Assembly (NCBI GenBank): GCA_964010765.1
Contig: CAXGMD010000027.1
Span: 1-37,362, forward strand
Reading direction: 5' to 3'
DNA from: an uncultured bacterium
Lineage (GTDB): Bacteria > SAR324 > NAC60-12
Length of the DNA: 37,362 nt
The translations under genes and the position numbers were made by a program. Positions within the stretch are counted from its first letter, which is position 1. Each line of letters begins with the position of its first letter. A model generated the notes under the pieces. The model saw only the letters and a list, made by a program, of their open reading frames with translations. It had not been told where the DNA came from and ran no database searches. Shown one piece after another: positions 27,562 through 37,218 of this stretch.

Positions 27562-28263
27562 ATGGACAGACAAAGATTTGATAACCTTGGACTTGCTGGC
27601 TTAGGAAATCGTTTGAAGGAAGATTTGGAATGTCTTCTCTATCCAGGTAAAGACTGGGTGCCACCTCGTGATGGAGTGACTGACATCATCATCAGAGGCC
27701 AGGTTCAACGTGAATTGAAATCCATACAGCGTCAGACCAACAAGACTTTCTGCTTTGTTACCCATGATCAGGATGAAGCCCTCACCATGTCCGATAGAAT
27801 TATCGTGATGAACATGGGGAAAGTCGAACAGGATGGTTCACCAGAAGAATTATATTTCAAACCAGCTAGCAGATTCGTAGCAGATTTTATAGGTGAGACC
27901 AATTTTCTAAGTGGAAGATTGCTCGGTCAGGAAAATGATGTGGTTAAAATGGAGTGGTTTGGACATACATTGCAGGGTTACTCAACTGGAAATAGACCAA
28001 CAAATGATTCGCAAATCACAGCCTCCATCAGATTAGAGAGATTGGAATTTCATCAAAGGTGTCCTAATCGAGTGAATCAAGTCAGAGGGAAACTAGTCAA
28101 TAGAACCTTCCTAGGTAGTCGAATGGTTATTGATTTTCATGTCGAGGGGACTCCGGATGAAAAATTGCGCGCCTTTGTAGACCCAGATCTAGGAAAGTCC
28201 ATTGGCGAAAACTTGATTTGGGCTACATGGAAGCCAGAGAGTATGGCTATCTTAAGAGACTAG
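27562..28263 (+). pseudogene. Chimeric ORF: unrelated ~44-aa N-terminus fused to the C-terminal half of a PotA-like ABC ATPase
   Basis: FVTHDQDEALTMSDRI and FVADFIGETN are present; Walker A, the ABC signature and Walker B are absent. Confidence 0.8.
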
Positions 28264-28463
28264 GTGTGATTCTAACGAAAATTTTTCAATGAAATAAAAA
28301 ATGTTCATTGCAATCGGTCTCTCCTCCAAAATTCCTGTCCCTTTCTTGATTCATTCAAAAACCTGCGCCTGAATCATCTAAGTTAAGCTTCCTAATAATG
28401 AACGGTCAAATTAACTTTCATTAGCACAAATAAGACGTTATTTTTAATTTTATAGTCAAATAA

Positions 28464-29660
28464 GTGGCTGAAGACTCAAAGAACAAAGCTACGTTTTACT
28501 GCTACTGGCTGATGAGCCTTTACGGTGTTTCAATCGTGATGATTGGGACTCTGGTTCCTGAGCTCTTGCAATACTTTGAAGTGTCGCTCAGTGAAATTGG
28601 ATTTCTGATGACAATTCAATGTTTCGGGGGGATTTTAGCTTTATTTCTAGGCAGTCGTTTTGCTGAAAAGGTGAAAAAGTCATTAATCATTCCAATTGCG
28701 TTTGGAGCCTTGGGGCTAGGCCTTTTAATTGTGGGTTACTCACCCTCTTTTATAGTCTTACAATCCGCTTTTTTCATTACGGGTTTTTTCATTCGCATTA
28801 CAGATATTTTTTTGAATGCTTTTGTGGGCCAAATACACCAGGAAGAGAGTGGAATTTATTTAAATCGCCTTCATATGTTTTTCAGTATTGGTGCGTTTAC
28901 CGGTCCATTCTATTCTGGGATGCTGATCAAACTAGATTTTCATTGGCAACAAATCTATTCAATCATTGGAATTCTTTTCGTTGTATCTGCATTGCTGGGA
29001 TGCTGGTTCATTTTGCCCATTGGGAAGATGCATCAGACACAGTCGCCAATGAACAGAGCTCCCTTAAATTTCTTAGAAATAATCCAAGATCCCAAGATTT
29101 GGCTTCTTGGTGCTACTCTCTTGTTCTACTCCTTCCATCAGCTATCCGTCACAGTTTGGTTGCCCTACTACATGGAGGACGCGTTAGGAGCCTCCAAGGA
29201 GATGGCGAATCTTGCTATTTCACTATTCTGGTTTGGTATCATTTTGGGGAGGTTTTTCGTTTCCATCATCGTGAAAAACCAGGATCCAGCGAGACTGCTT
29301 TCCTTCGGAGCTTTTGTAGGTGCGTTTTTGTTAATGGTTGGTCTTTATTCCAGAGACATATTCTTAACTACAAGTGCATATTTCATAGTTGGTTTGCTGA
29401 CAGGTGCGGTGATCCCGTTGGCATTTACAATCTGCTATAAAATTTTTCCAGAAGTGATCGCCCTGGCAACTACCTTTTTGTCAATTTTCCTCCTCTCTGG
29501 ACAAATGGTCGGACCCTGGCTATTGGGTATTAGTGCAGAGATATTCACAATTCATCATGCTATCTTTTTGACTGTCATCACCTTGTTTGGCTGTACGGTC
29601 GTTTGGAAGTTGGTGAGCCCTCCAATTGCTAGTATCCCCACCAAGCCTGCCTTGAGATGA
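28464..29660 (+). CDS. MFS transporter (TsgA/FucP-like)
   Basis: About 12 hydrophobic segments; LN.LH.FF.IGA..GP and W.G...GRF motifs. Confidence 0.85.
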   Translation: MAEDSKNKATFYCYWLMSLYGVSIVMIGTLVPELLQYFEVSLSEIGFLMTIQCFGGILALFLGSRFAEKVKKSLIIPIAFGALGLGLLIVGYSPSFIVLQSAFFITGFFIRITDIFLNAFVGQIHQEESGIYLNRLHMFFSIGAFTGPFYSGMLIKLDFHWQQIYSIIGILFVVSALLGCWFILPIGKMHQTQSPMNRAPLNFLEIIQDPKIWLLGATLLFYSFHQLSVTVWLPYYMEDALGASKEMANLAISLFWFGIILGRFFVSIIVKNQDPARLLSFGAFVGAFLLMVGLYSRDIFLTTSAYFIVGLLTGAVIPLAFTICYKIFPEVIALATTFLSIFLLSGQMVGPWLLGISAEIFTIHHAIFLTVITLFGCTVVWKLVSPPIASIPTKPALR

Positions 29661-29944
29661 AGAACTTCAGGCACTGTGCATGTGATTTGGAAAACCTTCC
29701 TAGAATATTCTCATCTCAGCCAATTTCTTATCTAGATCATTAAGTTCCTGATTCTACCTTTTAAAACTCACCTAACTGACCTGAAAAAAAGGATTACTTC
29801 CAACGCTAGCTCACCTCAACTCATGGCTCTCTCTGCATGGAAATCAAGTTGGTATGAATTTTTCAGCAGTATTTGACGATGATGGTGTTTTACTGAGAGA
29901 GTACACACTGATTTTGTTGATGATTCATAATTTCAGGAGGGAAT

Positions 29945-30055
29945 ATGAGCCCAAATAATGATGGAAGAAATGTTTTTTTATGGATGGTCTTTATGGGATT
30001 TATCTTTGTCTCCTTGGTTGTCCTAGAACGAGTGATGGAGGTTCCCCAAATTTGA
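29945..30055 (+). CDS. 36-aa single-TM microprotein MSPNNDGRNVFLWMVFMGFIFVSLVVLERVMEVPQI
   Basis: AGGAGG SD at 29935-29940; 19/32 identical to the adjacent 30204 ORF. Confidence 0.75.
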   Translation: MSPNNDGRNVFLWMVFMGFIFVSLVVLERVMEVPQI

Positions 30056-30203
30056 TGAGGATAGGGGTTGGAATGGCTATCTTGCAAAGCTTCGAGCATT
30101 AAGTTGATCTACAAAGCTTGACTTTCCTGAGAAAGTACACGCTTTCTTGATCACTGATCTTTGCCATTCTCAAGACCCATTCCTAAGCTTTGGGGACCCC
30201 AAT

Positions 30204-30338
30204 ATGAACGACGGTAGAAATTTTTTTCTTTGGCTGATTTTTATGGTCCTCATTTTTATCGCACTTGGTCTACTCGAAACCTTTCTTGAAGTTCCGGATA
30301 TTGGATATCGAGTTGTGCAAGGAGACATGATTTCCTGA
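30204..30338 (+). CDS. 44-aa single-TM microprotein MNDGRNFFLWLIFMVLIFIALGLLETFLEVPDIGYRVVQGDMIS
   Basis: Tandem paralog of the 29945 ORF; the alignment favours ATG 30204 over TTG 30147. Confidence 0.7.
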   Translation: MNDGRNFFLWLIFMVLIFIALGLLETFLEVPDIGYRVVQGDMIS

Positions 30339-30423
30339 CAATAGAAGCTTTCATCAAAAAGCGCTCATGAATCTTCTGCCAGGTCCGCTAGTCAATTTGT
30401 TTCATAAATTCTAGGAACCCAAC

Positions 30424-31071
30424 ATGATGAAAAACTCAGTCGTCAAAATAATGGTTCTTGGAACAGGTCTTTGCCTTTTGGCTATGCCTGTTTTGGGATT
30501 TAAAGAGGAAGATCTGGAAAAATTACGGCGGACCAATGAATGTATTCGTTGTGATTTGAGTGGTGCTGATTTGAGATCTGCGAAGCTGAGTCGGGCTAAT
30601 CTAAGATCATCGAATCTTTCAGGGGCGAATTTGCGAGGAGCTGCCCTAAATGAGGTGAATTTAAGCTTGGCAAATCTGAGTGAAGCAGAGTTGGTTGGCT
30701 CAAATCTACGGCGATCTAACCTTCATAAAGCAAATTTAAGTGCATCTGATTTGAGCGCTGCGGACTTGTCCGCGGCAGATTTCCGTGAAGTTGATCTCAC
30801 AGGAGCAAATCTACGTGGATCAGATTCACGAGCAACTGATTTTTGGAAGGCGAATTTCAAGGAGGCCAATATACGAAGAGCCGACATGCGTGAAGCAAAT
30901 CTTTTTGGAACGGATTTTAATCTAGCTGACATTCGTGGGGCAAATCTCAACTACGCGGATTTAGAAAATGCGAACTTGACTGGTGCGGATATGAGAGAAG
31001 CGCGAATGCTTGATGCTAGATTTTGTAATACTAAAATGCCGAACCAAGAGATGAATCATTCCGGGTGTTGA
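30424..31071 (+). CDS. Secreted pentapeptide-repeat protein
   Basis: Signal peptide, C..CDL cap, long A(D/N)LXX repeat run. Confidence 0.9.
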   Translation: MMKNSVVKIMVLGTGLCLLAMPVLGFKEEDLEKLRRTNECIRCDLSGADLRSAKLSRANLRSSNLSGANLRGAALNEVNLSLANLSEAELVGSNLRRSNLHKANLSASDLSAADLSAADFREVDLTGANLRGSDSRATDFWKANFKEANIRRADMREANLFGTDFNLADIRGANLNYADLENANLTGADMREARMLDARFCNTKMPNQEMNHSGC

Positions 31072-31337
31072 ATTAATCCCTTTCAATGGTGACGTAATAG
31101 GTCTGTTGTCACTTCATGATTCAGGATTTCAAATAATTCAATTTGCACCCTTGGCATCAGGTTTTTTACAGAAAAACCAACCCCAGTTCGTCCTCCAGTT
31201 GAATTGATCAATTTCCCCGTCTTAATCTAGAATCCTTACTTGTCAAAGCTTGCAAATGCTGGGTATTCTTGTTTCCTGCTACCACAAAACTTGGGCTTAA
31301 TAAGTTCACAGACAAACAGGAAAACAACACAGGTCCC

Positions 31338-31925
31338 TTGGCAAAGCTTTACTTCTATTACTCCGCAATGAACGCAGGCAAAACCACTACTTTGCTGCAA
31401 TCCAGTCACAACTATGTTGAAAGGGGGATGAACACCCTTCTGCTGAAACCAAAAATTGATGACAGAGAAGGAGAAAAAATCATTCGCTCACGGATTGGAC
31501 TCGAGGCGGAATCCCATGAATTTGAAAAAAATGACAACCTGTTTCAGGAAATATCCAACCAGTATAAGGATCAACAACTCCACTGTGTGCTGGTGGATGA
31601 AGCACAGTTCCTCAGTCGGGATCAGGTAAAGGAATTGGGAGAAGTGGTGGATCGATTGAAGATCCCCGTATTATGTTATGGATTACGCACCGATTTTCTT
31701 GGTGAATTGTTTGAGGGAAGCAAGTGTCTGCTGGCCTGGGCCGATGAACTTAGAGAAATCAAGACCGTTTGCTACTGTGGTAAAAAAGCTATCATGACGG
31801 TTCGACTGAATGTGGAAGGCAAGCCAGTGCAAGCCGGCGAACAGATCCATATTGGTGGCAACGAAAGCTATGTTTCTATGTGCCGTCGCCATTTTAAATC
31901 AAGCTTGGGCTTCAGCAAAGACTGA
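31338..31925 (+). CDS. tdk: Thymidine kinase
   Basis: [30 protein letters not shown] and Zn Cys motifs; start TTG 31338 by homology. Confidence 0.95.
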   Translation: MAKLYFYYSAMNAGKTTTLLQSSHNYVERGMNTLLLKPKIDDREGEKIIRSRIGLEAESHEFEKNDNLFQEISNQYKDQQLHCVLVDEAQFLSRDQVKELGEVVDRLKIPVLCYGLRTDFLGELFEGSKCLLAWADELREIKTVCYCGKKAIMTVRLNVEGKPVQAGEQIHIGGNESYVSMCRRHFKSSLGFSKD

Positions 31926-31933
31926 AGGGAAAA

Positions 31934-32542
31934 ATGTCTGCCAGAATACTCTCGATTTCCACTGGGAGGGTTGTGCCTCTTGCGCTCCCAAATCCGCACA
32001 AGGGATCTCAGAAGACAACAAGGTCTACGATTGTCAAGAGTCCGGTTTCCAGTCTGCAGGACCCACAGTCGATCGTATGTCAAACGGTGGGGCTAGAAGG
32101 AGATCAGCAAGCGAACCATTCAGTACACGGAGGCAGGGACAAGGCAGTTTATTGCTATCCTGCAGAACACTATCCTTTTTGGAAAGGTGCCCTCAAGACC
32201 ACGGAGGATAAGCTGGCGCGGCTGGATCAACATGGGGCTTTTGGAGAGAATCTGACTATCGAGGGGCTGACCGAAGAGCAGGTCTACATCGGGGATGTCT
32301 GGCAGATTGAAGAGGTGCAACTCGAAATCAAGGCGCCACGGGAACCCTGTTTTAAATTCAATGCGCTCATGGGTGATCGGTTAGCAGGTAAGAAGATGTT
32401 TGCTGAGGGTCTTAGCGGTTGGTATCTCTCGGTGCTTAGCCCGGGTGTTTTAAGAGCAGGTGATCAAATTAAAGTGATCTCAGATCCTAGAGAAAAGTCG
32501 ATTGCGGAAGTTTTCAAAGACTTGGGACGCAAAACGATTTGA
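31934..32542 (+). CDS. MOSC domain protein (YiiM-like)
   Basis: GL.GD.Q....HGG.DKA, FGENLT, PREPCFK. Confidence 0.9.
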   Translation: MSARILSISTGRVVPLALPNPHKGSQKTTRSTIVKSPVSSLQDPQSIVCQTVGLEGDQQANHSVHGGRDKAVYCYPAEHYPFWKGALKTTEDKLARLDQHGAFGENLTIEGLTEEQVYIGDVWQIEEVQLEIKAPREPCFKFNALMGDRLAGKKMFAEGLSGWYLSVLSPGVLRAGDQIKVISDPREKSIAEVFKDLGRKTI

Positions 32543-32634
32543 AATTATCTACTGATCCTTTCCCATCTTGTCATCTTTGGTCAGCATTGAGTTTGAAAAA
32601 TGTTTAGGTCCAGTCAGCTTCAATAACCAACTTA

Positions 32635-33038
32635 TCATTGTTTATTCCACCAATCATAATATGGCAGCAGTTCTTTCAAAGAACGTCCTTGTCGGCATCT
32701 AGTATCACCTCGGCCTCCAGATTGCTCTCGTTGGTTTCCCGAATCAGTTGTCGACAATTCCCACAGGGAGGAATCACGAATACGGATCCTGCTTCATCTT
32801 TCCAGACAGCTACAATCCTCTTAATCTCATATTCTCCGTTAGTAATCATCGCGGCAATCGCAGCCTTTTTTGCACAAAAAGTGTTGGATCCTGAATCATT
32901 ACAGACCCCTTAATATACTTGGTCACTCCTGGAAAGTAAGGCACACCCTACATCCCCAAAGAGGCCGTCTTTTACTTTTCTGGTTTTGATGACGGACGCA
33001 GCCTGGTTGATCAGTTGAGGAATTTTATTTTCACTCAT
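32635..33038 (-). pseudogene. cdd: Cytidine deaminase pseudogene
   Basis: Manual translation: VGCALL...VY*GVC...FCAKKAAIAAM...PPCGNCRQ...LKELLP; in-frame TAA at 32910-32912 and a frameshift near 32680. Confidence 0.85.
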
Positions 33039-33040
33039 TC

Positions 33041-33877
33041 TCACTCGAAATATAAAAGGTTGCTCTGTTCATAAGAGACAAGATCGTAGAGTAAGCGATA
33101 ATAGGTGGTCGCTTCCGGATTCGCCCCAATTCCATACTCATGCAGAAACATCTCTTCCCAACCTTCCCCAAGATTCCAGTTCATACTCCAAGTTGCTGTA
33201 GCCAAATCCCACCAAACGTCTGCCACACCAAGTTCACCTAAGTCGACGAAACCTTGCAGCCGATTCTGATCAAAAAGGATATTTGGAACACAGTGGTCTC
33301 CATGACAGACGACCTCCTTGGTTGAAGAAGGTTGTTGTTCCTGCAAGAAGCTCAGAGCTTCGTCTAGGCTGAGATGTTGAAACTCAGGATGAAAATGCTT
33401 TTCGGGTTGAATTAATCCCAGTTGAGCTCGTTTGGAGACATGCTCCAGCGAAGTCTCGAGCCGGAAATCAAAGGGACAGTTGGAGACGGGGGCGTGATCG
33501 TGAAAATAGAGTAAGGCCTTCCCCAGAAGGGAAGCCAACAGCTCTGGGTTAGCTTTTAGATCGGGTTCTGTTCCGTTTGTTCCCCTTAATTCCTTCACTC
33601 AGTAACCACGCTGGATCAGCATCCAGATCAAAATCTATGATCATGGGAACTGGTAAAAAAGCTTTAGCCCATTGCAGACATTCCAATTCATCTGCAGTCC
33701 AAGGATAGCCCTTTGAACCATTTTCAGATATCTCGTCGCACCGTTAGGGTTGCTTAGACGATAAGTGCAAGCATGATCAAAAGGAGCCCAAGCTACCGTA
33801 GTGGTCCAATTTGATATAGAGTTTTCTAAGCTCTTTGGGATAGGAAAAGATGGGCTGAATGTGGATTGGTGTTGCAT
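33041..33877 (-). pseudogene. Aminoglycoside phosphotransferase APH(3')-family kinase, frameshifted
   Basis: YLK, HGD..VPNIL and DLGELGVAD.W.DLA motifs; the ADELECLQW...LPVP...WLLSEGIKG segment lies in another frame between ~33713 and ~33583. Confidence 0.8.
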
Positions 33878-33969
33878 TGCGTCATGAAGAGATCAATATA
33901 ATGTTTTGTTGCAAAATTTCATATTTGCGTAGCTCTAAGATTTTTCGGAAGCCTCCTCTCCAATGAGTA

Positions 33970-33979
33970 CCCCCCCCCC
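33970..33979. repeat. C10 homopolymer in the divergent intergenic region
   Basis: GTA-C10-GATAAT. Confidence 0.85.
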
Positions 33980-34023
33980 GATAATTCCAACAGACCTTCC
34001 TTGAGCGTTTTTTCAGTGGCTAA

Positions 34024-35211
34024 ATGGAAATGAAGATAGAATTAGTGCTGGATTCCAGCCAGCATGAGATGGATCGGAATAACCGAATGCTGCTCCTAGT
34101 CAATGCAGGCCTCTTCATAGTCATCGGCTCCATCATCAGTCGCTTGCATGTGCTGCAGGCCTGGATGGGGGTTAACTACGAAGAGTTTGCTTGGGTCCTG
34201 TTCTGTTTCAGCTGTGGTTCCATTTTGAGTAACCTAATCGTCGGCCGTCTGATTCCATTGTTTGGAGTGAAGAGGATGCTGATGCTCACAATGATTTGCA
34301 TCATCGTTGCCCTGATAAGTTTTTTGGAAAAACCAGCTTACACTACCTTGCTTGGCCTTTGGATGCTGCTTAGTTTTGGCTTTGGAGGTAGCATGGTCGT
34401 AGTGATGTCCCAGGCAGGCATCGTTCAAGCCCAGCAAGGCAAATCCTGGATGTCATTCTTTCAGGGGGTTAGTGGGATCGGGGTGATCGGAGGAATGGGA
34501 GTCGGCTTGCTCTCCAATTCCATGTTGTTCCCAATTGACAGCCATTTCCCTCTCGTGGGGTTGGCAATGCTCACACTCTTTGTGATCACGATCTTCGGAT
34601 ACATTCCCTATGAAACGGAGCAGGACCAAGAGGGAGCCAAGTTTAAGTTATCCACTCCTTTGATTTTACTCGCCTGCACCAACTTCGCTGTAATTCTGGC
34701 GATCAGCCAATTTCTCTCCTGGTCGGGTGTAATGCTTCGGGATGAATTTCAGTTTTCTGATGATCTGGCAACTCTTGGTTCTTTTGGCTTTATCCTCACA
34801 GAAACAGGGATCCGCTTCTACGGAGATATCTTGAGCAAACGTTTCGGGAAGATCCCTTTGCTGATTAATACTGGCTTGCTCACCTGTCTCTTTCTGTTTT
34901 CCATTTACCTAATTCAGCATCCAGTCTGGGCCTTGATCGGTTTTGTCTGTGTCGGCCTGGCGTCTGGCACCATCCAGCCAATTGTTTTTGGGCTTTCTGC
35001 AGAACAAAAAGGCAGCATGGCTCGAAACATGGCCTTTATCCTCTTGTTCCAGTCAATCGCTTTTTTGGCTGGTCCAATGATCACAGGCTCGATTGCTCAG
35101 AATGTGGGCCTCTTTGAAATCTATCTGTTCTGTAGTTGTGTTAGCGCATTGATTGTGCTGCTTGGGTTTTCCTTAGGTCGATTCCAAAAGGTTCAAATCC
35201 CTAAGCCGTAA
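34024..35211 (+). CDS. MFS transporter
   Basis: About 12 TM segments; G.L...FG..R and R..GD.L..RFG loop motifs. Confidence 0.85.
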   Translation: MEMKIELVLDSSQHEMDRNNRMLLLVNAGLFIVIGSIISRLHVLQAWMGVNYEEFAWVLFCFSCGSILSNLIVGRLIPLFGVKRMLMLTMICIIVALISFLEKPAYTTLLGLWMLLSFGFGGSMVVVMSQAGIVQAQQGKSWMSFFQGVSGIGVIGGMGVGLLSNSMLFPIDSHFPLVGLAMLTLFVITIFGYIPYETEQDQEGAKFKLSTPLILLACTNFAVILAISQFLSWSGVMLRDEFQFSDDLATLGSFGFILTETGIRFYGDILSKRFGKIPLLINTGLLTCLFLFSIYLIQHPVWALIGFVCVGLASGTIQPIVFGLSAEQKGSMARNMAFILLFQSIAFLAGPMITGSIAQNVGLFEIYLFCSCVSALIVLLGFSLGRFQKVQIPKP

Positions 35212-35231
35212 ATGACTTACGATTGTGTGAA

Positions 35232-36485
35232 TTAAGGGCTGCTAATCGGCTGAGGAATCTTAATGACGATCATCAGTAAAGTGGCAACCAACAGGATTCC
35301 TGCCAAGCTCATAAAGGCCCAAGGAATAGAATACTCTGCAACCAAAGCAATACCCCACATTCCAGAGGCTACATACAGTCGAGAACCAAGATTCATGATC
35401 GACAAAACCGTTGCATGCCGATGCACAGGAAAGATTTTTAAAGTTTGATCAGTCAGCAATACTTGCTTCACCCCCACCACGGAACGGATCCACAGAAAAA
35501 AGAATGCCACCATCCAGGCGTTGACACTCCAACTAAGCAGAACATAGCCAACTCCCAGAAACAGGAAGGTGCCCGCCAGAATTCGAGCAACTCCGAAGCG
35601 ATTTTGTAACACATGAACCTGCTTTAGGACCAGCCCTTCGATGGCCATTCCAGTGGCTGTCAAGAGGCCAAGTAAGGCTACTTCACCTCCCCGCTCTTCA
35701 AAAAAGGGCTGAATCATGATCAGCAGCGAGTCTGCAAAAGGCTGCGTTGCACAAAATAGCAAGATCATCACAATTAGAGTTCCTGAGAGTGATGAGATTT
35801 CAGAGAATCCAATTCGATCAAGCCAAGTAAAGTTTGAAGCTCTCTTGTGAGTTTCCTCACCCTCCTCCAATTGAATGCTCTCCCAAGGTAAGGAGAACAT
35901 TCCTAGTAGCGCCAGACCTACACAGAAGATGGTCAAGGCAATCAGGATATAAAAACTTTCAGGCCCCCAGATTCCCACGATTAGTGACCCTCCAAGAAAG
36001 GCAATGAAATTTGCTGTGGATTTGGCAAAACCAAAATAGCCAAGTGCTTCACTGTAGCGTTCAGACTTTTTTTGTCGGTCTAGCAATTCATGGAGATAGG
36101 CTTCGAGACAGCCCGAATGTAATGCACAGTGAATCCCACCGATGAAGGAAGCCAAAGCGAAGTGAAAAAACTGGGTGCCTTGGAGGAAAATGATTTCTCC
36201 AAGCAATTGTAGCAGCAGACCGATGACCAGTATCTTTTTCTTGGAAAGATGGTCCGCCAACAGTCCACCTGGAATTTCAAACAAGAGGTTGCTGAGTAGC
36301 AGCAGAATCGAAAGTTCAGAAATCTGAACGAGGTTGAGTCCCTTGTCTTGAAGATAAAGAACGTAGAACGGCAGATAGAAGTAGAGATTACTGAAAAGCA
36401 GGAGCAAGGCTAGACGGGCTGGGGCAGAGAAACCAAAGGGTAGAAGATATTGATGGATTTGACTTAGGATTCGGATTTCACCCAT
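35232..36485 (-). CDS. MFS transporter
   Basis: FEIPGGLLAD..S.KK motif A, SG..EA.L.E. Confidence 0.85.
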   Translation of the reverse strand: MGEIRILSQIHQYLLPFGFSAPARLALLLLFSNLYFYLPFYVLYLQDKGLNLVQISELSILLLLSNLLFEIPGGLLADHLSKKKILVIGLLLQLLGEIIFLQGTQFFHFALASFIGGIHCALHSGCLEAYLHELLDRQKKSERYSEALGYFGFAKSTANFIAFLGGSLIVGIWGPESFYILIALTIFCVGLALLGMFSLPWESIQLEEGEETHKRASNFTWLDRIGFSEISSLSGTLIVMILLFCATQPFADSLLIMIQPFFEERGGEVALLGLLTATGMAIEGLVLKQVHVLQNRFGVARILAGTFLFLGVGYVLLSWSVNAWMVAFFFLWIRSVVGVKQVLLTDQTLKIFPVHRHATVLSIMNLGSRLYVASGMWGIALVAEYSIPWAFMSLAGILLVATLLMIVIKIPQPISSP

Positions 36486-36700
36486 AAAATCACGTAATCC
36501 CCATGTGAAATGTAACTGAACCAGTCAACTGTGCAGATCAAAGAGCGAGAGTCATCCTTTAATCTGATTTGGAAGGTTGCAATCGTGTTGTCTCCTTCTG
36601 CTTTGACCAAAGTTTGTTCCACTGTTCCGATGGGCTTAATATAGCTAACAAAGGTTTGAACTGCACCATCAACGATCGGCTGCTCAATGCCCTTTTTCAT
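36464..36700 (-). CDS. Hypothetical protein or gene fragment
   Basis: Co-oriented 78-aa ORF filling the gap between VOC and MFS genes; no motif recognised. Confidence 0.35.
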   Translation of the reverse strand: MKKGIEQPIVDGAVQTFVSYIKPIGTVEQTLVKAEGDNTIATFQIRLKDDSRSLICTVDWFSYISHGDYVILWVKSES

Positions 36701-36797
36701 CCAGTAGGTGAACGGCTAGGACAAAGAGAAAAAGGCCCAGGAAGGAGATGCGGGTGACAGACACTTGATGTAGGTGCAGTGTAGGAGAGATTAAGAA

Positions 36798-37160
36798 TTA
36801 GTCTCGTTTGAAGTTCAATTCCAGGCGAACTCCGTTAGGGTCATGGATGAAGATCTGGCGAACAGGTGAGCTGGGTACATCCATTAGTTTGAAGGTAACA
36901 GACTTTTGTTCCAATCTCGCTTTCATTTCGTCGTAACCTTCGGCAATCCAAGCAACATGATCAATTGCGCCCGTTGGACCAGGTTTCGAATCAGTTTCTA
37001 CAAGATGGATTACCGGATGGCCCCCTGCGTAAAGCCAGGCTCCCGGAAAATCAAAAGGGGGACGATCGCCATTCTCAAATCCTAGGACATCCTCATAAAA
37101 ATGAATGGTTTCCTCAAGTGCTGAGGTTTCTATATTCACATGGTCCAGTCCAGAGATCAT
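36798..37160 (-). CDS. VOC/glyoxalase family protein
   Basis: LDHVNI, FY.DVLG, IDHVA, DPNG..LEL; GGAG SD. Confidence 0.9.
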   Translation of the reverse strand: MISGLDHVNIETSALEETIHFYEDVLGFENGDRPPFDFPGAWLYAGGHPVIHLVETDSKPGPTGAIDHVAWIAEGYDEMKARLEQKSVTFKLMDVPSSPVRQIFIHDPNGVRLELNFKRD

Positions 37161-37218
37161 TCCAACTCCATTATGAAAAGGGTTTTATCGAATTAGTACT
37201 TGGTGGCTGTTGACCAAT

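Noticed and set aside
29890..30099. 69-aa minus-strand ORF
   Set aside because: It is antisense to the SD-led microprotein at 29945 and has no support of its own.
30550..31020. 15-bp periodicity as a CRISPR or DNA repeat; Qnr resistance call
   Set aside because: The periodicity is explained by pentapeptide coding, and the signal peptide argues against a cytoplasmic Qnr/MfpA role.
32638..32913. 91-aa plus-strand ORF
   Set aside because: It is the antisense shadow of the cdd pseudogene.
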